Below are positions 36,550-46,130 of a stretch of DNA of 64,000 nucleotides, in pieces. The position numbers and the translations under genes were made by a program. Origin of the DNA: Parcubacteria group bacterium Gr01-1014_30 (lineage in GTDB: Bacteria; Patescibacteriota; Minisyncoccia; Minisyncoccales; 2-12-FULL-40-12); NCBI GenBank assembly GCA_007376185.1, contig VMFS01000001.1, positions 94,206-158,205 of the forward strand. The letters are read 5' to 3'. Each line of letters starts with the position of its first letter. Position 1 is the stretch's first letter. Under the pieces are notes generated by a model. The model was given only the letters and a program-made list of their open reading frames with translations, was not told the DNA's origin and did not search any database.

Positions 36550-37665
36550 ATGTCAGAAGTAAATAACAATAATCGTATGAAGCAGACTTCTAACGGGGTG
36601 AAGTTTTTTGTAACACTGTTTATTATTACATCGTTCATTTTCGTCGGAGGAAGTGCCATAGCCCAGGATCAGCAAGTGGCGTTGCCTTCAGCTGGTCTTA
36701 CCCCCGAAAGCTCCTTTTATTTTATTGACAGATTCGGAGAAGCACTGCGTGAGTTTTTCACTTTTAATCCAGATGGTAAAGCCCGCCTTCAGATCACTTT
36801 TGCCGCCGAACGAGTTGCCGAGATAAAAGTTATTCTTGAAACAAAGGGCGTTCAAGCGCCGGGCCTCGAAGTTGCCCAAAGCCGCCTGCAAGCGCATCTT
36901 GCTAATGCCGCCACCATCGTTACTGAACAAAAAGCAAAAGGAAAAGATGTGAGCCAACTTGCCAAAGAGCTGAACGATGAGTTTGGAAGTTCCAAAACCG
37001 CTCTTCGGCAAAGTTTCAAAGCAAAAGAGCGAGCATTAGAAACTCAAGAAAAAGATTTGAAAGCAAAAATCCGTGAAGCACGGATTGCCGGCGACGCCGC
37101 CCAAGTTGAGGCGTTAGTTAAGCAATTAGGAGAAGTCAAAGCGCAAAAAGACCTTTTGGAACTTAGAGAAAAGGAGCAGGAAGAAGCGTTAGAGCGGGAA
37201 GAAGAAAAGATTGAGCGGGAGATGGATAAAAAAGAGGATGCCCAAAAAGCCATAAAAGAAGCTGAAGAAGAAAAGCAGGAAGTATTGGATGAGGCCGCCG
37301 AGGAGGGTGTTGATGTTCCTGCAGAAGCGTTTGAAAAATTTGACCGCCTCCTTACTCAAGCCAAAGAACTCTTTGCCAAAGAGAACTATGTCGGCGCGAA
37401 ACAATTAGCCAAGCAGGCAGAAAAAAGCCTTGAAAAAGTAGAGGAGGCAATTGAAGATTTGGAAGAAGCAAAAGAGAAAGAGGAAGAATTAAAAGAGGAA
37501 CAAGAGGAGAAAGAGCGCGAGGCTAAAGAAGAGCAGGAAGAAAAAATAAAGGAAGAGGCGGAAAAGGAAGCCGAACGATTAGAAAAAGAAAGAGAAAAAG
37601 CCGAAGAGGATGCGCGTAAAGCCGAAGAGAGATTGCGTGAAGCAGGAAATGAAGACGAAGATTAA
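36550..37665 (+). CDS. secreted E/K-rich coiled-coil protein
   Basis: Signal/TM helix followed by about 250 aa of EK-rich heptad-like sequence. Confidence 0.5.
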   Translation: MSEVNNNNRMKQTSNGVKFFVTLFIITSFIFVGGSAIAQDQQVALPSAGLTPESSFYFIDRFGEALREFFTFNPDGKARLQITFAAERVAEIKVILETKGVQAPGLEVAQSRLQAHLANAATIVTEQKAKGKDVSQLAKELNDEFGSSKTALRQSFKAKERALETQEKDLKAKIREARIAGDAAQVEALVKQLGEVKAQKDLLELREKEQEEALEREEEKIEREMDKKEDAQKAIKEAEEEKQEVLDEAAEEGVDVPAEAFEKFDRLLTQAKELFAKENYVGAKQLAKQAEKSLEKVEEAIEDLEEAKEKEEELKEEQEEKEREAKEEQEEKIKEEAEKEAERLEKEREKAEEDARKAEERLREAGNEDED

Positions 37666-37725
37666 TTTTTAGAGATATTTTCAAACAGACATCGCCCTTG
37701 ACAGCGTTATACCAGAGTATATACT

Positions 37726-38010
37726 ATGGTTAGTATGGAGAAAACAATACTTAACGTTAAAACCGATAAAAAATTGAAGGAAGCTGCGCAAAAAGCCGCA
37801 CAGGAGCTTGGCTTGCCTCTTGGCACCATAGTTAACGCCTACCTTCGTGAGTTGGCGCGCGAAAAAAGAATACTATTTTCCGTTCCTCCCGTGCCAAATC
37901 TGCGATTACAAAGGCTCTTAAAAAAGGTTAGAAAAGAAACGAGTAAAAGCAGGAGACGCGCGAAGCCATTTACTTACGAGGAGGCAGTTAAATATCTGGA
38001 TAGATTATGA
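37726..38010 (+). CDS. type II antitoxin, RelB/DinJ (ribbon-helix-helix) family
   Basis: LNVKTDKKLKEAAQKAAQELGLPLGTIVNAYL is RHH-like. Stop overlaps the toxin start. Confidence 0.7.
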   Translation: MVSMEKTILNVKTDKKLKEAAQKAAQELGLPLGTIVNAYLRELAREKRILFSVPPVPNLRLQRLLKKVRKETSKSRRRAKPFTYEEAVKYLDRL

Positions 38011-38267
38011 AAGTTAGCTTTCATAACCGTTTCAATAAAAGTTATAAGAGATGTCCCGCAAAAGTTCAGAAACAATTTAAGAAACGGCTCAAGTCATTCC
38101 TTGAAAACCCGTATAATCCTTTATTAGAAAACCATGCGCTCGGAGGCGACTGGCAGGATTTTCGCAGCATCAACGTAACCGGGGATTATCGCGCCCTCTA
38201 TTATCATTTGGTAGACGACACTGTAGAATTTTTTATAATTGATACGCACAGCAATTTGTACGGGTAG
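38007..38267 (+). CDS. type II toxin, RelE/ParE/YafQ family mRNA interferase
   Basis: LGGDWQDFRSINVTGDYRALYY...FFIIDTHSNLY matches the RelE-fold motifs. Confidence 0.7.
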   Translation: MKVSFHNRFNKSYKRCPAKVQKQFKKRLKSFLENPYNPLLENHALGGDWQDFRSINVTGDYRALYYHLVDDTVEFFIIDTHSNLYG

Positions 38268-38471
38268 AAGGTTAAAGGAATAAAAAATTCCTTCACCCAA
38301 ATTTTTGCTCCATTTCATTCCGCAAAAACTTCGCATACTCTTAAACGTTATATCAAAAAGAATTTGCCGCCAAAGAAAAACTTGTGGTTCGACAAGCTCA
38401 CCATCCTGAACGAAGTTGAAGGAAAATTGTTAATGTCCGCCTCTGGTTGTTATGGTATACTTTAAAATAAT

Positions 38472-38771
38472 ATGATTCAATCATACCAAAACAGCGCAAG
38501 AAAAGCAGGATTCACATTCCTGCTCTTAAACTTAATTGCACTTATTTTAGCTCGCCAGCATATATGGCTTTGGCTTAGGATCAATCCTCTGGGTAAAGTA
38601 TTTTTGGCCGCAATAATTATTAGTGCTTTTGTTTGGTATTATAACTTTGCAAAAGCCAAAGGATACTCCGGTTGGCTTTCGCTCTTAGGCTTGTTGCACC
38701 TAGTAGGTTTTATTATTATTTTGTTATTACCCGATAAAACCAAACAATTAAATTCTACTGTCAAGCAATAA
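38472..38771 (+). CDS. small integral membrane protein
   Basis: Three predicted TM helices. Confidence 0.4.
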   Translation: MIQSYQNSARKAGFTFLLLNLIALILARQHIWLWLRINPLGKVFLAAIIISAFVWYYNFAKAKGYSGWLSLLGLLHLVGFIIILLLPDKTKQLNSTVKQ

Positions 38772-38777
38772 GTTCCT

Positions 38778-40019
38778 ATGAAAAAAGTTTTAATTATCGG
38801 CGTTTTTGTCATTTTAGCCCTTGTCGCATTGGGTTTGATTGGCAACATAAGAAAGGGGGAAGAACTTACTCCTGAACCGACACCTTCTCCAACACCAACA
38901 CCAGCTGATAGTTCCGTACCGACTCCAACCCCAACTCCTATTAAAGGAGCCCAGAACGACAGAATAGAAAGTATGAGAGTTATTCTTGAGGAAGGCGCCC
39001 GGCCAAGATTTTCGCCTGATGGCCAGTATTTTCTCTTTGACCGCAGGAATAGTAACGACCTTTATGCCGATCTTTATGTTTCTGATTTAAACGGCGGGAT
39101 AGTTACCAGATTAACTGAAGGGCGGGAAGGAGTAAACCAGCGCAATAACGGCAATGGTGTATATCATTCAAGTAAGAATTATATTATCTTTATTTCTGAA
39201 GAATCAGGCCACTACTTGGATGACGACAAGTGGTTGGCTGATCCCGGAATTGGTCTTTTTTCTAACCTTTACGCCACCGATTTTTCTGGAAGCAGATTCT
39301 GGAAGCTTACCGATATTCCGATCAAGAAAGCATTAGGAGATGGGATTCCGGCTACGGCCACAGTCAACCCTCATTTCCTGAAAAACGGAACTCTAATCTG
39401 GACTGAACGCTACGCAGAAGGCGGAAATTTAAATTGGGGAAAATGGCGGCTAAAGGCGGCTGATTTTGTTGAAGAAAATGGAGTTCCCAAATTAATAAAC
39501 ACGCGGGTAGTATACACCCCGGCTAATGGAAATTATGTAACTTTCATGGGCGAGCTTGATTCGGACAACTGGGTTGTTTCCGGCAACCTTAACGGCCAGC
39601 ACGAATATGGAATGGACCAGTATGTCCTTAATATCAGAAATGGCTCGCTTAAAAATCTTACCAACACGCCCGAATACTGGGAAGAAGATTCAAGTCTTAC
39701 TCCAAGCGGCAAGATCGTCTATATGAGCAACATTGATTCGCAGTATAAGTTTGATTTTACCAAAGACTGGGTTATCCAGAAAGTGGAAAGGGATTACTAC
39801 ATAACCGACAGGAACGGCGGGCAAAAAGAAAGATTGACTTTCTTTAACGAGCCGGGTGCGGTGGAGAAATCAGAATATGCCATTCTATCCGTGGCTGCTG
39901 ATATCAGCCCTGACGGCAAGTATATGGCCGGAACAGTCGGAGTGCAATTCGGTGCAGGGAAAGATCGAGGGAGAATAGTCTTGAAAATAGTATTGATTAA
40001 GTTTAAAAATCCGTTTTAA
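38778..40019 (+). CDS. TolB-like beta-propeller (PD40 repeat) protein, paralogue 2, with PT-rich linker
   Basis: TM helix, PTPSPTPTP linker, and PD40-like blades (YVSDLNGGIVTRLTEG; YITDRNGGQKERLTFFNEPG). Confidence 0.55.
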   Translation: MKKVLIIGVFVILALVALGLIGNIRKGEELTPEPTPSPTPTPADSSVPTPTPTPIKGAQNDRIESMRVILEEGARPRFSPDGQYFLFDRRNSNDLYADLYVSDLNGGIVTRLTEGREGVNQRNNGNGVYHSSKNYIIFISEESGHYLDDDKWLADPGIGLFSNLYATDFSGSRFWKLTDIPIKKALGDGIPATATVNPHFLKNGTLIWTERYAEGGNLNWGKWRLKAADFVEENGVPKLINTRVVYTPANGNYVTFMGELDSDNWVVSGNLNGQHEYGMDQYVLNIRNGSLKNLTNTPEYWEEDSSLTPSGKIVYMSNIDSQYKFDFTKDWVIQKVERDYYITDRNGGQKERLTFFNEPGAVEKSEYAILSVAADISPDGKYMAGTVGVQFGAGKDRGRIVLKIVLIKFKNPF

Positions 40020-40024
40020 AATAA

Positions 40025-40654
40025 ATGCGCCTTCTAAAATCACAATTTGGATTAACATTCTCGCTTCTATACATTTTTGGGAGTGTATACCTAATAGCTA
40101 CACAAGGGCTATTCGGGGAAAGTTTTATCGCTGTTACTCTTGGATTGCCCTGGAGTTTTATTTTGGTCTTATCTCGCATTAGTGTTCCTGTATATATTTA
40201 TGTCCTTGCGCCCATAGTTTTAAATATAATTCTTCTGTACTATCTTGGCGTTGGCATTCAGAAGTTACTTCCCATAAAGTACAAAGTAGCGGGAATAATA
40301 GTCGCTGGTTTCATATTTGGTTCAATCATCTTATCTTTTGTTGTTTCCCTTGGATTTAAGGGTGTGCCAATCTTCGAAAGTCTAGCGCCGTTAGGTGCGC
40401 CTGGAATGTTTGTTTCCGAACAGTTGATTACGACGAAAGAGGGTTCTAACACTCGACTGATAATTAATCCGGGCAATGACGCAGCGAAATCAATCCAAGA
40501 CTTGATACAACAGAGACAAGGAAAGCCAACCCCTCTTGCTTGGATCGTAATAACGATTATCAATGGAATAGTCTACTCATTTCTATTCTGGCTCTTTTAT
40601 CTTTTAGCGGGCAGAATGGTTAGTAATGCGTATATCGGTGCTGAAGGTGTATAG
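40025..40654 (+). CDS. polytopic membrane protein, hypothetical
   Basis: Five to six TM helices. Confidence 0.4.
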   Translation: MRLLKSQFGLTFSLLYIFGSVYLIATQGLFGESFIAVTLGLPWSFILVLSRISVPVYIYVLAPIVLNIILLYYLGVGIQKLLPIKYKVAGIIVAGFIFGSIILSFVVSLGFKGVPIFESLAPLGAPGMFVSEQLITTKEGSNTRLIINPGNDAAKSIQDLIQQRQGKPTPLAWIVITIINGIVYSFLFWLFYLLAGRMVSNAYIGAEGV

Positions 40655-40738
40655 AATATTCGATGATAAAAACAAAAAGCAATAAGTATAAATTTGCCGC
40701 CAAAGCACAAAATTTGAGCAATTTCAAGAATACACCGC

Positions 40739-41404
40739 TTATTCTCTTGCTACAGTTATTCCCCAAACCTCTTTGGCGCCGCTTTCTTTTAAAACACGGG
40801 CGGCTTCTTCCATGGTTGAGCCGGTTGTGAAAACGTCGTCAACCAGAAGAACAGTTTTCTTTTTTATTGCCTCGGCATTTTCGCAAAAGAAAACGTCCTT
40901 GACGTTTTGAATTCTTTCCTGTTTTGATAACTCTACTTGCGGCATAGTTTCTTTTGTTTTTAGCAAAACGTTATTTACTAGAGGCACTTTCAATTGTTTG
41001 GACAATTCTCTGCCGATTTCTTCTGCTTGGTTGAAACCTCGCTGTCTTAACCGTTTTCGAGTCAAAGGAATTGGTATGATTAGGATTTGCCCCCCACCGC
41101 TTTTGGCCAAAAGCGGTGGGGGGTATTCGGTTTGTTCAAACTGATGTATAATTAAACCGGCCAGAGTTGAAGCCAGATCCTTGACAAACGGGTTGTACTT
41201 AAATTGCGCGATTAGTTTTTTTACTATAAAATTATTGTAAGGCGAGGCGGAGATTAGCAATTTCAGGTTTTTGGATTTATAATGAGAGCGGGGGAGAAAT
41301 TCAATCATTGCAAAACAATCCTCGCACAAATAGCTTCTTTCTTTCTGACAATTTTGGCAGAACTTTGGAAAGAATAAATCCGCAAGAAAGGTTTTGAGCG
41401 ACAT
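40739..41404 (-). CDS. comFC: ComF-family protein (ComFC, phosphoribosyltransferase-like)
   Basis: N-terminal CxxC...CxxC zinc ribbon. C-terminal PRTase motif LLVDDVFTTGST. Confidence 0.8.
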   Translation of the reverse strand: MSLKTFLADLFFPKFCQNCQKERSYLCEDCFAMIEFLPRSHYKSKNLKLLISASPYNNFIVKKLIAQFKYNPFVKDLASTLAGLIIHQFEQTEYPPPLLAKSGGGQILIIPIPLTRKRLRQRGFNQAEEIGRELSKQLKVPLVNNVLLKTKETMPQVELSKQERIQNVKDVFFCENAEAIKKKTVLLVDDVFTTGSTMEEAARVLKESGAKEVWGITVARE

Positions 41405-41455
41405 TGAAATATCTTAACATTTAGCTTTCGAGTTCGGAATGGTATAATGTAATCT

Positions 41456-42538
41456 ATGGCATGGTTTTCTTTTAAAAAGAAGCGGAGAAGTTTTTTGGGC
41501 GTAGATTTTGGAACTTCCTCGGTAAGGGTTGTTGAATTGGCAAGAAGAGGGCAATCAGTGCACCTGCAAAACTACGGAGAGGTTGCGGCATCGGATATTC
41601 AAAAGTCGCCCCCTGGAACCATCACAAGCGATTCCTTGCTGTTTTCAAGCCGAGAAATGGCGGGAGCGGCCGAAGCGATCATAAGAGAAGCAGGAATTGC
41701 AACGAGAGAGGTTAACTTTCCCATACCGGATTTTTCAAGCTTTTTCACCAGTTTTGAGTTGCCCTCTATGAGTCCTAAAGAGTTAGAGCAGGCGATTTTC
41801 TACGAAGCAAGGAGCTACATTCCTCTTCCTCTATCTGAAGTAACCCTTGACTGGCAGGTTGAAGGAGGAGTTGTTGGGAAAAGAAGTCCTTTAATAAAGG
41901 TCCTGGTGGCGGCAGTACCGAACGACGTGATCGAACAGTACCAGCAAATTGCCGCCTTGTCTGGTTTGCAGATGAAGTCGCTGGAAGTAGAAGTGTTCGC
42001 TTTGCAAAGAGCGCTTGCCAGAGGAGAAAGCGGAACAATAGCGATCCTTGACATAGGGGCGAGGAGCACAACCTGCAACATCTTTGAGAATGGAGAGTTG
42101 AAAACTAGTCACAGCTTTAATGTATCTGGAAACGATTTAACAGAAATTTTAAGCAGGGCTCTCAAAATAGGTTATCAGGATGCCGAAAATATCAAAAAAG
42201 AGCAAGGAATTACTGGTTTTCAGGGGGCCGAAAAAGAAGCCAGAGAAATTTTGCTTCCCGTTGTTGATTCAATTTTGGAAGAAACGAAAAAAATTTTCCG
42301 AACTTTTAACAACAATCAGAAGAAAGGTGTAGAAAAGGTAATCTTGGCCGGCGCCACGGCTGTAATGCCGGGTTTGAAGGAATATTTTCTTGAGGAGTTA
42401 AACCCGCAAAAAATAGAGGTCCAAATTGCCGACCCCTTTAAAAAAGTATCCTGTCCCCAGATTTTAGAAGATATGCTAAAGGAGATGGGGCCTGTCTACG
42501 CGGTAGCCGTGGGTTCTGCCCTAAAAGGACTGGAATAA
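41456..42538 (+). CDS. pilM: type IV pilus assembly protein PilM (actin-like ATPase)
   Basis: FLGVDFGTSSVRVVEL is the actin-fold phosphate-1 motif. Confidence 0.8.
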   Translation: MAWFSFKKKRRSFLGVDFGTSSVRVVELARRGQSVHLQNYGEVAASDIQKSPPGTITSDSLLFSSREMAGAAEAIIREAGIATREVNFPIPDFSSFFTSFELPSMSPKELEQAIFYEARSYIPLPLSEVTLDWQVEGGVVGKRSPLIKVLVAAVPNDVIEQYQQIAALSGLQMKSLEVEVFALQRALARGESGTIAILDIGARSTTCNIFENGELKTSHSFNVSGNDLTEILSRALKIGYQDAENIKKEQGITGFQGAEKEAREILLPVVDSILEETKKIFRTFNNNQKKGVEKVILAGATAVMPGLKEYFLEELNPQKIEVQIADPFKKVSCPQILEDMLKEMGPVYAVAVGSALKGLE

Positions 42539-42563
42539 AAAATCCCATACTTGAACTACCAAT

Positions 42564-43088
42564 ATGGCTATAGAGGCATTTCCAAAATCAAAAATTAGAG
42601 AAGTTCACTGGCCGAAAACTTTTTCATATATTCTTACGGGCGCATTTTTGATTCTTCTTTCAAGCTACTTCATTTTGATTTTTCTTCAAGCACGCCTGAC
42701 CGATGAGCTGTCGGTGTTGGAAAGGAAACTCGAAAGGACGCAAGATGAGACAGAGTTGGAGAAAAACGTGCTTGACGCCAAGAAACGCATTGAGGACTGG
42801 AAGTTTCTGATAACGCATCACACCATGCCCTTTAACGTCTTTGAACTTTTGCAGTCAAGGACTCATCCTGAAGTTTGGTTTACCGATTTTATGCTGGACA
42901 CAGGGAATTCTTTGATGTCGCTTGGAGGCAGAGCGGAGAGCTTTGAAGTTTTGAGCCAGCAGCTCAAAATTTTTGAAAGCGAGGAGTCATTTCGCGGCAT
43001 GAATTTATCAAACATTACGGTTGTTAAAGGAGGGGAAGTAATGTTTGATCTGCAGCTTCAACTTGACCCAAGCGTTTTTAAACAATGA
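42564..43088 (+). CDS. pilN: PilN-like bitopic pilus assembly protein
   Basis: Single TM helix followed by a coiled coil. Lies next in the pil operon. Confidence 0.6.
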   Translation: MAIEAFPKSKIREVHWPKTFSYILTGAFLILLSSYFILIFLQARLTDELSVLERKLERTQDETELEKNVLDAKKRIEDWKFLITHHTMPFNVFELLQSRTHPEVWFTDFMLDTGNSLMSLGGRAESFEVLSQQLKIFESEESFRGMNLSNITVVKGGEVMFDLQLQLDPSVFKQ

Positions 43089-43621
43089 ACAGACCCATTC
43101 TTTACATTGCTCTTATGTCTTTGCTGCTTGTTTTGGGAGTGATATTTTTTTGGCAGCCAAAGTACAGAGACTTTACAGGGCTGCGGCTTCAAGTAAGCGC
43201 CAAAGCGCAGGAACTGTCCAGCAAAGTAGAGTACTTTTCGCGACTAGAGGATTCATTTGCCAGGATTTTGAAGTTTGACTCGGAGGTTGCTAAAGTTGAA
43301 TCGGCTCTTCCCGAGTCCCAAGACATCCCCGAGACAATCAACTTCATTTCCAGCGTCAGTTTTACTTCGGGCTTGTTGCTGCAAGCTTTGGACATTGGCA
43401 AGACGGCTCCCTTGACCGAGGATTCCTCAATTCTGAAAACCGAGATTACTTTTTCGCTTTTAGGGACTTACTCCGCATTCAAGGGTTTTCTGTCGGAACT
43501 TCAAAACAGCGCCAGGTTGATTGCGGTCCAAGAGGCGTCTTTTAAGCAACAGGGCGGAGAGGCAACCGAGATTTTCTTATTCAATCTAAAAGTAAGGACG
43601 CAGTCGTACCAAGGTTTATAA
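43085..43621 (+). CDS. pilO: PilO-like bitopic pilus assembly protein
   Basis: Single TM helix followed by a coiled coil. Overlaps the pilN stop. Confidence 0.55.
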   Translation: MNRPILYIALMSLLLVLGVIFFWQPKYRDFTGLRLQVSAKAQELSSKVEYFSRLEDSFARILKFDSEVAKVESALPESQDIPETINFISSVSFTSGLLLQALDIGKTAPLTEDSSILKTEITFSLLGTYSAFKGFLSELQNSARLIAVQEASFKQQGGEATEIFLFNLKVRTQSYQGL

Positions 43622-43624
43622 GCT

Positions 43625-43900
43625 ATGGCCACTTTTATTGAAGAAAAGAAAAAACAACGACGACTTGTTTACATTTTGATAGCGTTGACTACGATTACGG
43701 CTTTTGTTTTGTGGTACGGTTTTATCCGCAGGCCTCTGAGTCAGCCCTTGGAGATAGCCGTATTTCCTGCTCTTTTGGGGGTGGCGCAGATTGACTTTTC
43801 CGTTTTGGAAAACCCAATTTTGCAGCAACTTCGCCCTTTTGAAGAAGTGACTCCTTTTGATGGCGTTTTGGGAAGAGAAAACCCGTTTATACCATATTAG
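43625..43900 (+). CDS. small bitopic membrane protein (PilP-position)
   Basis: One TM helix. Operon position only. Confidence 0.35.
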   Translation: MATFIEEKKKQRRLVYILIALTTITAFVLWYGFIRRPLSQPLEIAVFPALLGVAQIDFSVLENPILQQLRPFEEVTPFDGVLGRENPFIPY

Positions 43901-43965
43901 AATTTCATCATTTCATCATGGCATCGTGATTAAATGTTGAAATGATTAAATGTTGATATGTTTCC

Positions 43966-45696
43966 ATGACTTTAGTTCAGCAATTAGTCAAAAAAGGGTT
44001 GCTGGAAAAAGACAAAGCTGTTCCTCTTGAATACGAAATTAAAAATTCCGGCAAAAAAGAAGAGGAGGTAATTTTGGAAAAAAGAGTAGTGTCAGAAGCC
44101 TTTCTCTTCGGTTTGAAAAGCGAAAACCTTAAAATCCCTCTGAGAAAAGTTGACCCAGAAACTGTTCCTTTAAGAGTGCTGGAAGTAATACCCGAGGATT
44201 CGGCCCGTTTTTACCGCTTCATACCCATTGCCAAAAAGGACAATGCCCTTCAAGTGGGCATGGTTTATCCCGAAGACATAAAAGCGCAAGAAGCGCTTGA
44301 GTTTTTGGCTAGACGGCAAAAACTCTCGTATCAAGTCTTTTTAATAACTTTATCCAACTTCAACGACCTTTTAAAAAAATACCGCACCCTCAAAGGGGAA
44401 GTAACCAAGGTTCTTGAGGAACTGGAAACGGAATTCAAAGAAGAGAAAGCTGGAGAAAAACCAGTTGCCGTTTCGGAGTTTGAAAGAATGGCCGAAGAAG
44501 CGCCCATTTCAAAAGTCGTGGCGGTGCTCTTGCGCAACGCGGTTGACGGGGAGGCCTCCGACATCCACATTGAGGCGACCAAAGAGAAAATAAGAGTCCG
44601 CTTTCGTTTGGACGGCATTCTGCATGCCTCAATTTTTCTGCCCTTGAGAATTCTGCCGGCCGTGGTGTCAAGAGTTAAAATCTTGTCAAACTTGAAAATA
44701 GACGAAACCAGGGTTCCTCAAGACGGCAGATTTACCGCAAGGATAGCCGGCAGAGACATTGACTTCAGGGTGTCAACTTTCCCGACTATCGTCGGAGAAA
44801 AAGTTGTTATGCGCATTCTTGACTCGGCAAAAGCCATCGTTAACATAAGAGACCTTGGGCTGTCGGAAAGAAACTTGAAAACCATTAATAAGGCTATAAA
44901 AAAACCGTACGGCATGATTCTGACGACTGGGCCCACGGGAAGCGGGAAAACCACTACCCTTTATTCCATTTTGAGGATTTTAAATAAAGAAGGCATCAAC
45001 ATTACAACCCTGGAAGACCCCGTAGAATACTTTATTGAGGGCGTGAACCAGTCGCAGGTGAGGCCTGAGATAGGGTATGAGTTTGCCACCGGATTGCGGC
45101 ACATAGTGAGGCAGGATCCGGACGTCATTATGGTTGGCGAAATTCGTGACGAAGAAACTGCTTCTTTAGCCATCCACGCCGCGTTAACAGGCCATATTTT
45201 GTTGTCCACGCTTCACACAAACAGCGCCATCGGAATAATTCCAAGGTTGGTTGACATAGGAATAAAGCCCTACCTCATACCTCCTACTTTCAGTTTAGGT
45301 ATCGCTCAGCGCTTGGTTAGGGTTTTATGCTCAAAGTGCAAAGAGAAAACTGTACCGAAAAAAGACATCAAGAATTTAATCTCGAAAGAAATTGAAAGCT
45401 TGCCTCAAGCAGTAAAGCAGGACCTTAAACTTCCAAAAGCCATTTATATTTATGAACCGGTTGGCTGTAAAAAATGCGCAGATACAGGTTATTCGGGGAG
45501 AATCGGGGTTTACGAGGCCATGGAGATGACCGATGAACTTGCCGAGATAGCTTTGCACGAACCCTCTGAAGTCAAGCTTGAACAAGAGGCGAAACGCCAG
45601 GGTATGGTAACCATGAAGCAAGACGGAATTTTAAAGGTTGTTGTAGACGGAATAACTTCCGTTTCGGAAGTGCTTAGAATGGCGGAAGAAAAGTAG
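43966..45696 (+). CDS. pilB: type IV pilus assembly ATPase PilB (GspE family, full length)
   Basis: Walker A LTTGPTGSGKTTT. Tetracysteine CSKC...CKKC. 576 aa. Confidence 0.85.
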   Translation: MTLVQQLVKKGLLEKDKAVPLEYEIKNSGKKEEEVILEKRVVSEAFLFGLKSENLKIPLRKVDPETVPLRVLEVIPEDSARFYRFIPIAKKDNALQVGMVYPEDIKAQEALEFLARRQKLSYQVFLITLSNFNDLLKKYRTLKGEVTKVLEELETEFKEEKAGEKPVAVSEFERMAEEAPISKVVAVLLRNAVDGEASDIHIEATKEKIRVRFRLDGILHASIFLPLRILPAVVSRVKILSNLKIDETRVPQDGRFTARIAGRDIDFRVSTFPTIVGEKVVMRILDSAKAIVNIRDLGLSERNLKTINKAIKKPYGMILTTGPTGSGKTTTLYSILRILNKEGINITTLEDPVEYFIEGVNQSQVRPEIGYEFATGLRHIVRQDPDVIMVGEIRDEETASLAIHAALTGHILLSTLHTNSAIGIIPRLVDIGIKPYLIPPTFSLGIAQRLVRVLCSKCKEKTVPKKDIKNLISKEIESLPQAVKQDLKLPKAIYIYEPVGCKKCADTGYSGRIGVYEAMEMTDELAEIALHEPSEVKLEQEAKRQGMVTMKQDGILKVVVDGITSVSEVLRMAEEK

Positions 45697-45764
45697 ATTT
45701 TCTTCCTTAACTCTGCGCTTCGCTTGAGTGGCGGAAGAAAAGTAAATAACGCGATGCCAAATTC

Positions 45765-46130
45765 ATGAAAAGCATTTTGTTAGTAGAAGACGATCCATTT
45801 TTGATAGACATCTACAGCACCAAGCTGAAAGAGGCCGGTTTTTCAGTTGACGTGGCTCCCTCTGGCAAGGAGTGTTTGCAAAAACTCAAGCAAGAACTTC
45901 CCGACCTCTTGCTTTTAGACATAGTTTTGCCCGAAGTTGACGGCTGGGAAATTATAAGAAAAATCAAGGAAGACGCCAAACTCAAGGACTTAAAAGTCGT
46001 TGTTCTGTCAAATCTCGGGCAAAAGGACGAAGTTGAGAAAGGACTGGCCTTTGGCGCCGTAAAATACCTTATCAAAGCCCACTACACGCCGTCTGAAGTA
46101 GTTAACGCGATAAAAGAGATAACTGTATGA
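45765..46130 (+). CDS. stand-alone receiver domain protein within the pil operon
   Basis: ILLVEDD...LLDIVLPEVDGWEI...K receiver fold. Paralogous to 8208-8570 and 59222-59608. Confidence 0.75.
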   Translation: MKSILLVEDDPFLIDIYSTKLKEAGFSVDVAPSGKECLQKLKQELPDLLLLDIVLPEVDGWEIIRKIKEDAKLKDLKVVVLSNLGQKDEVEKGLAFGAVKYLIKAHYTPSEVVNAIKEITV

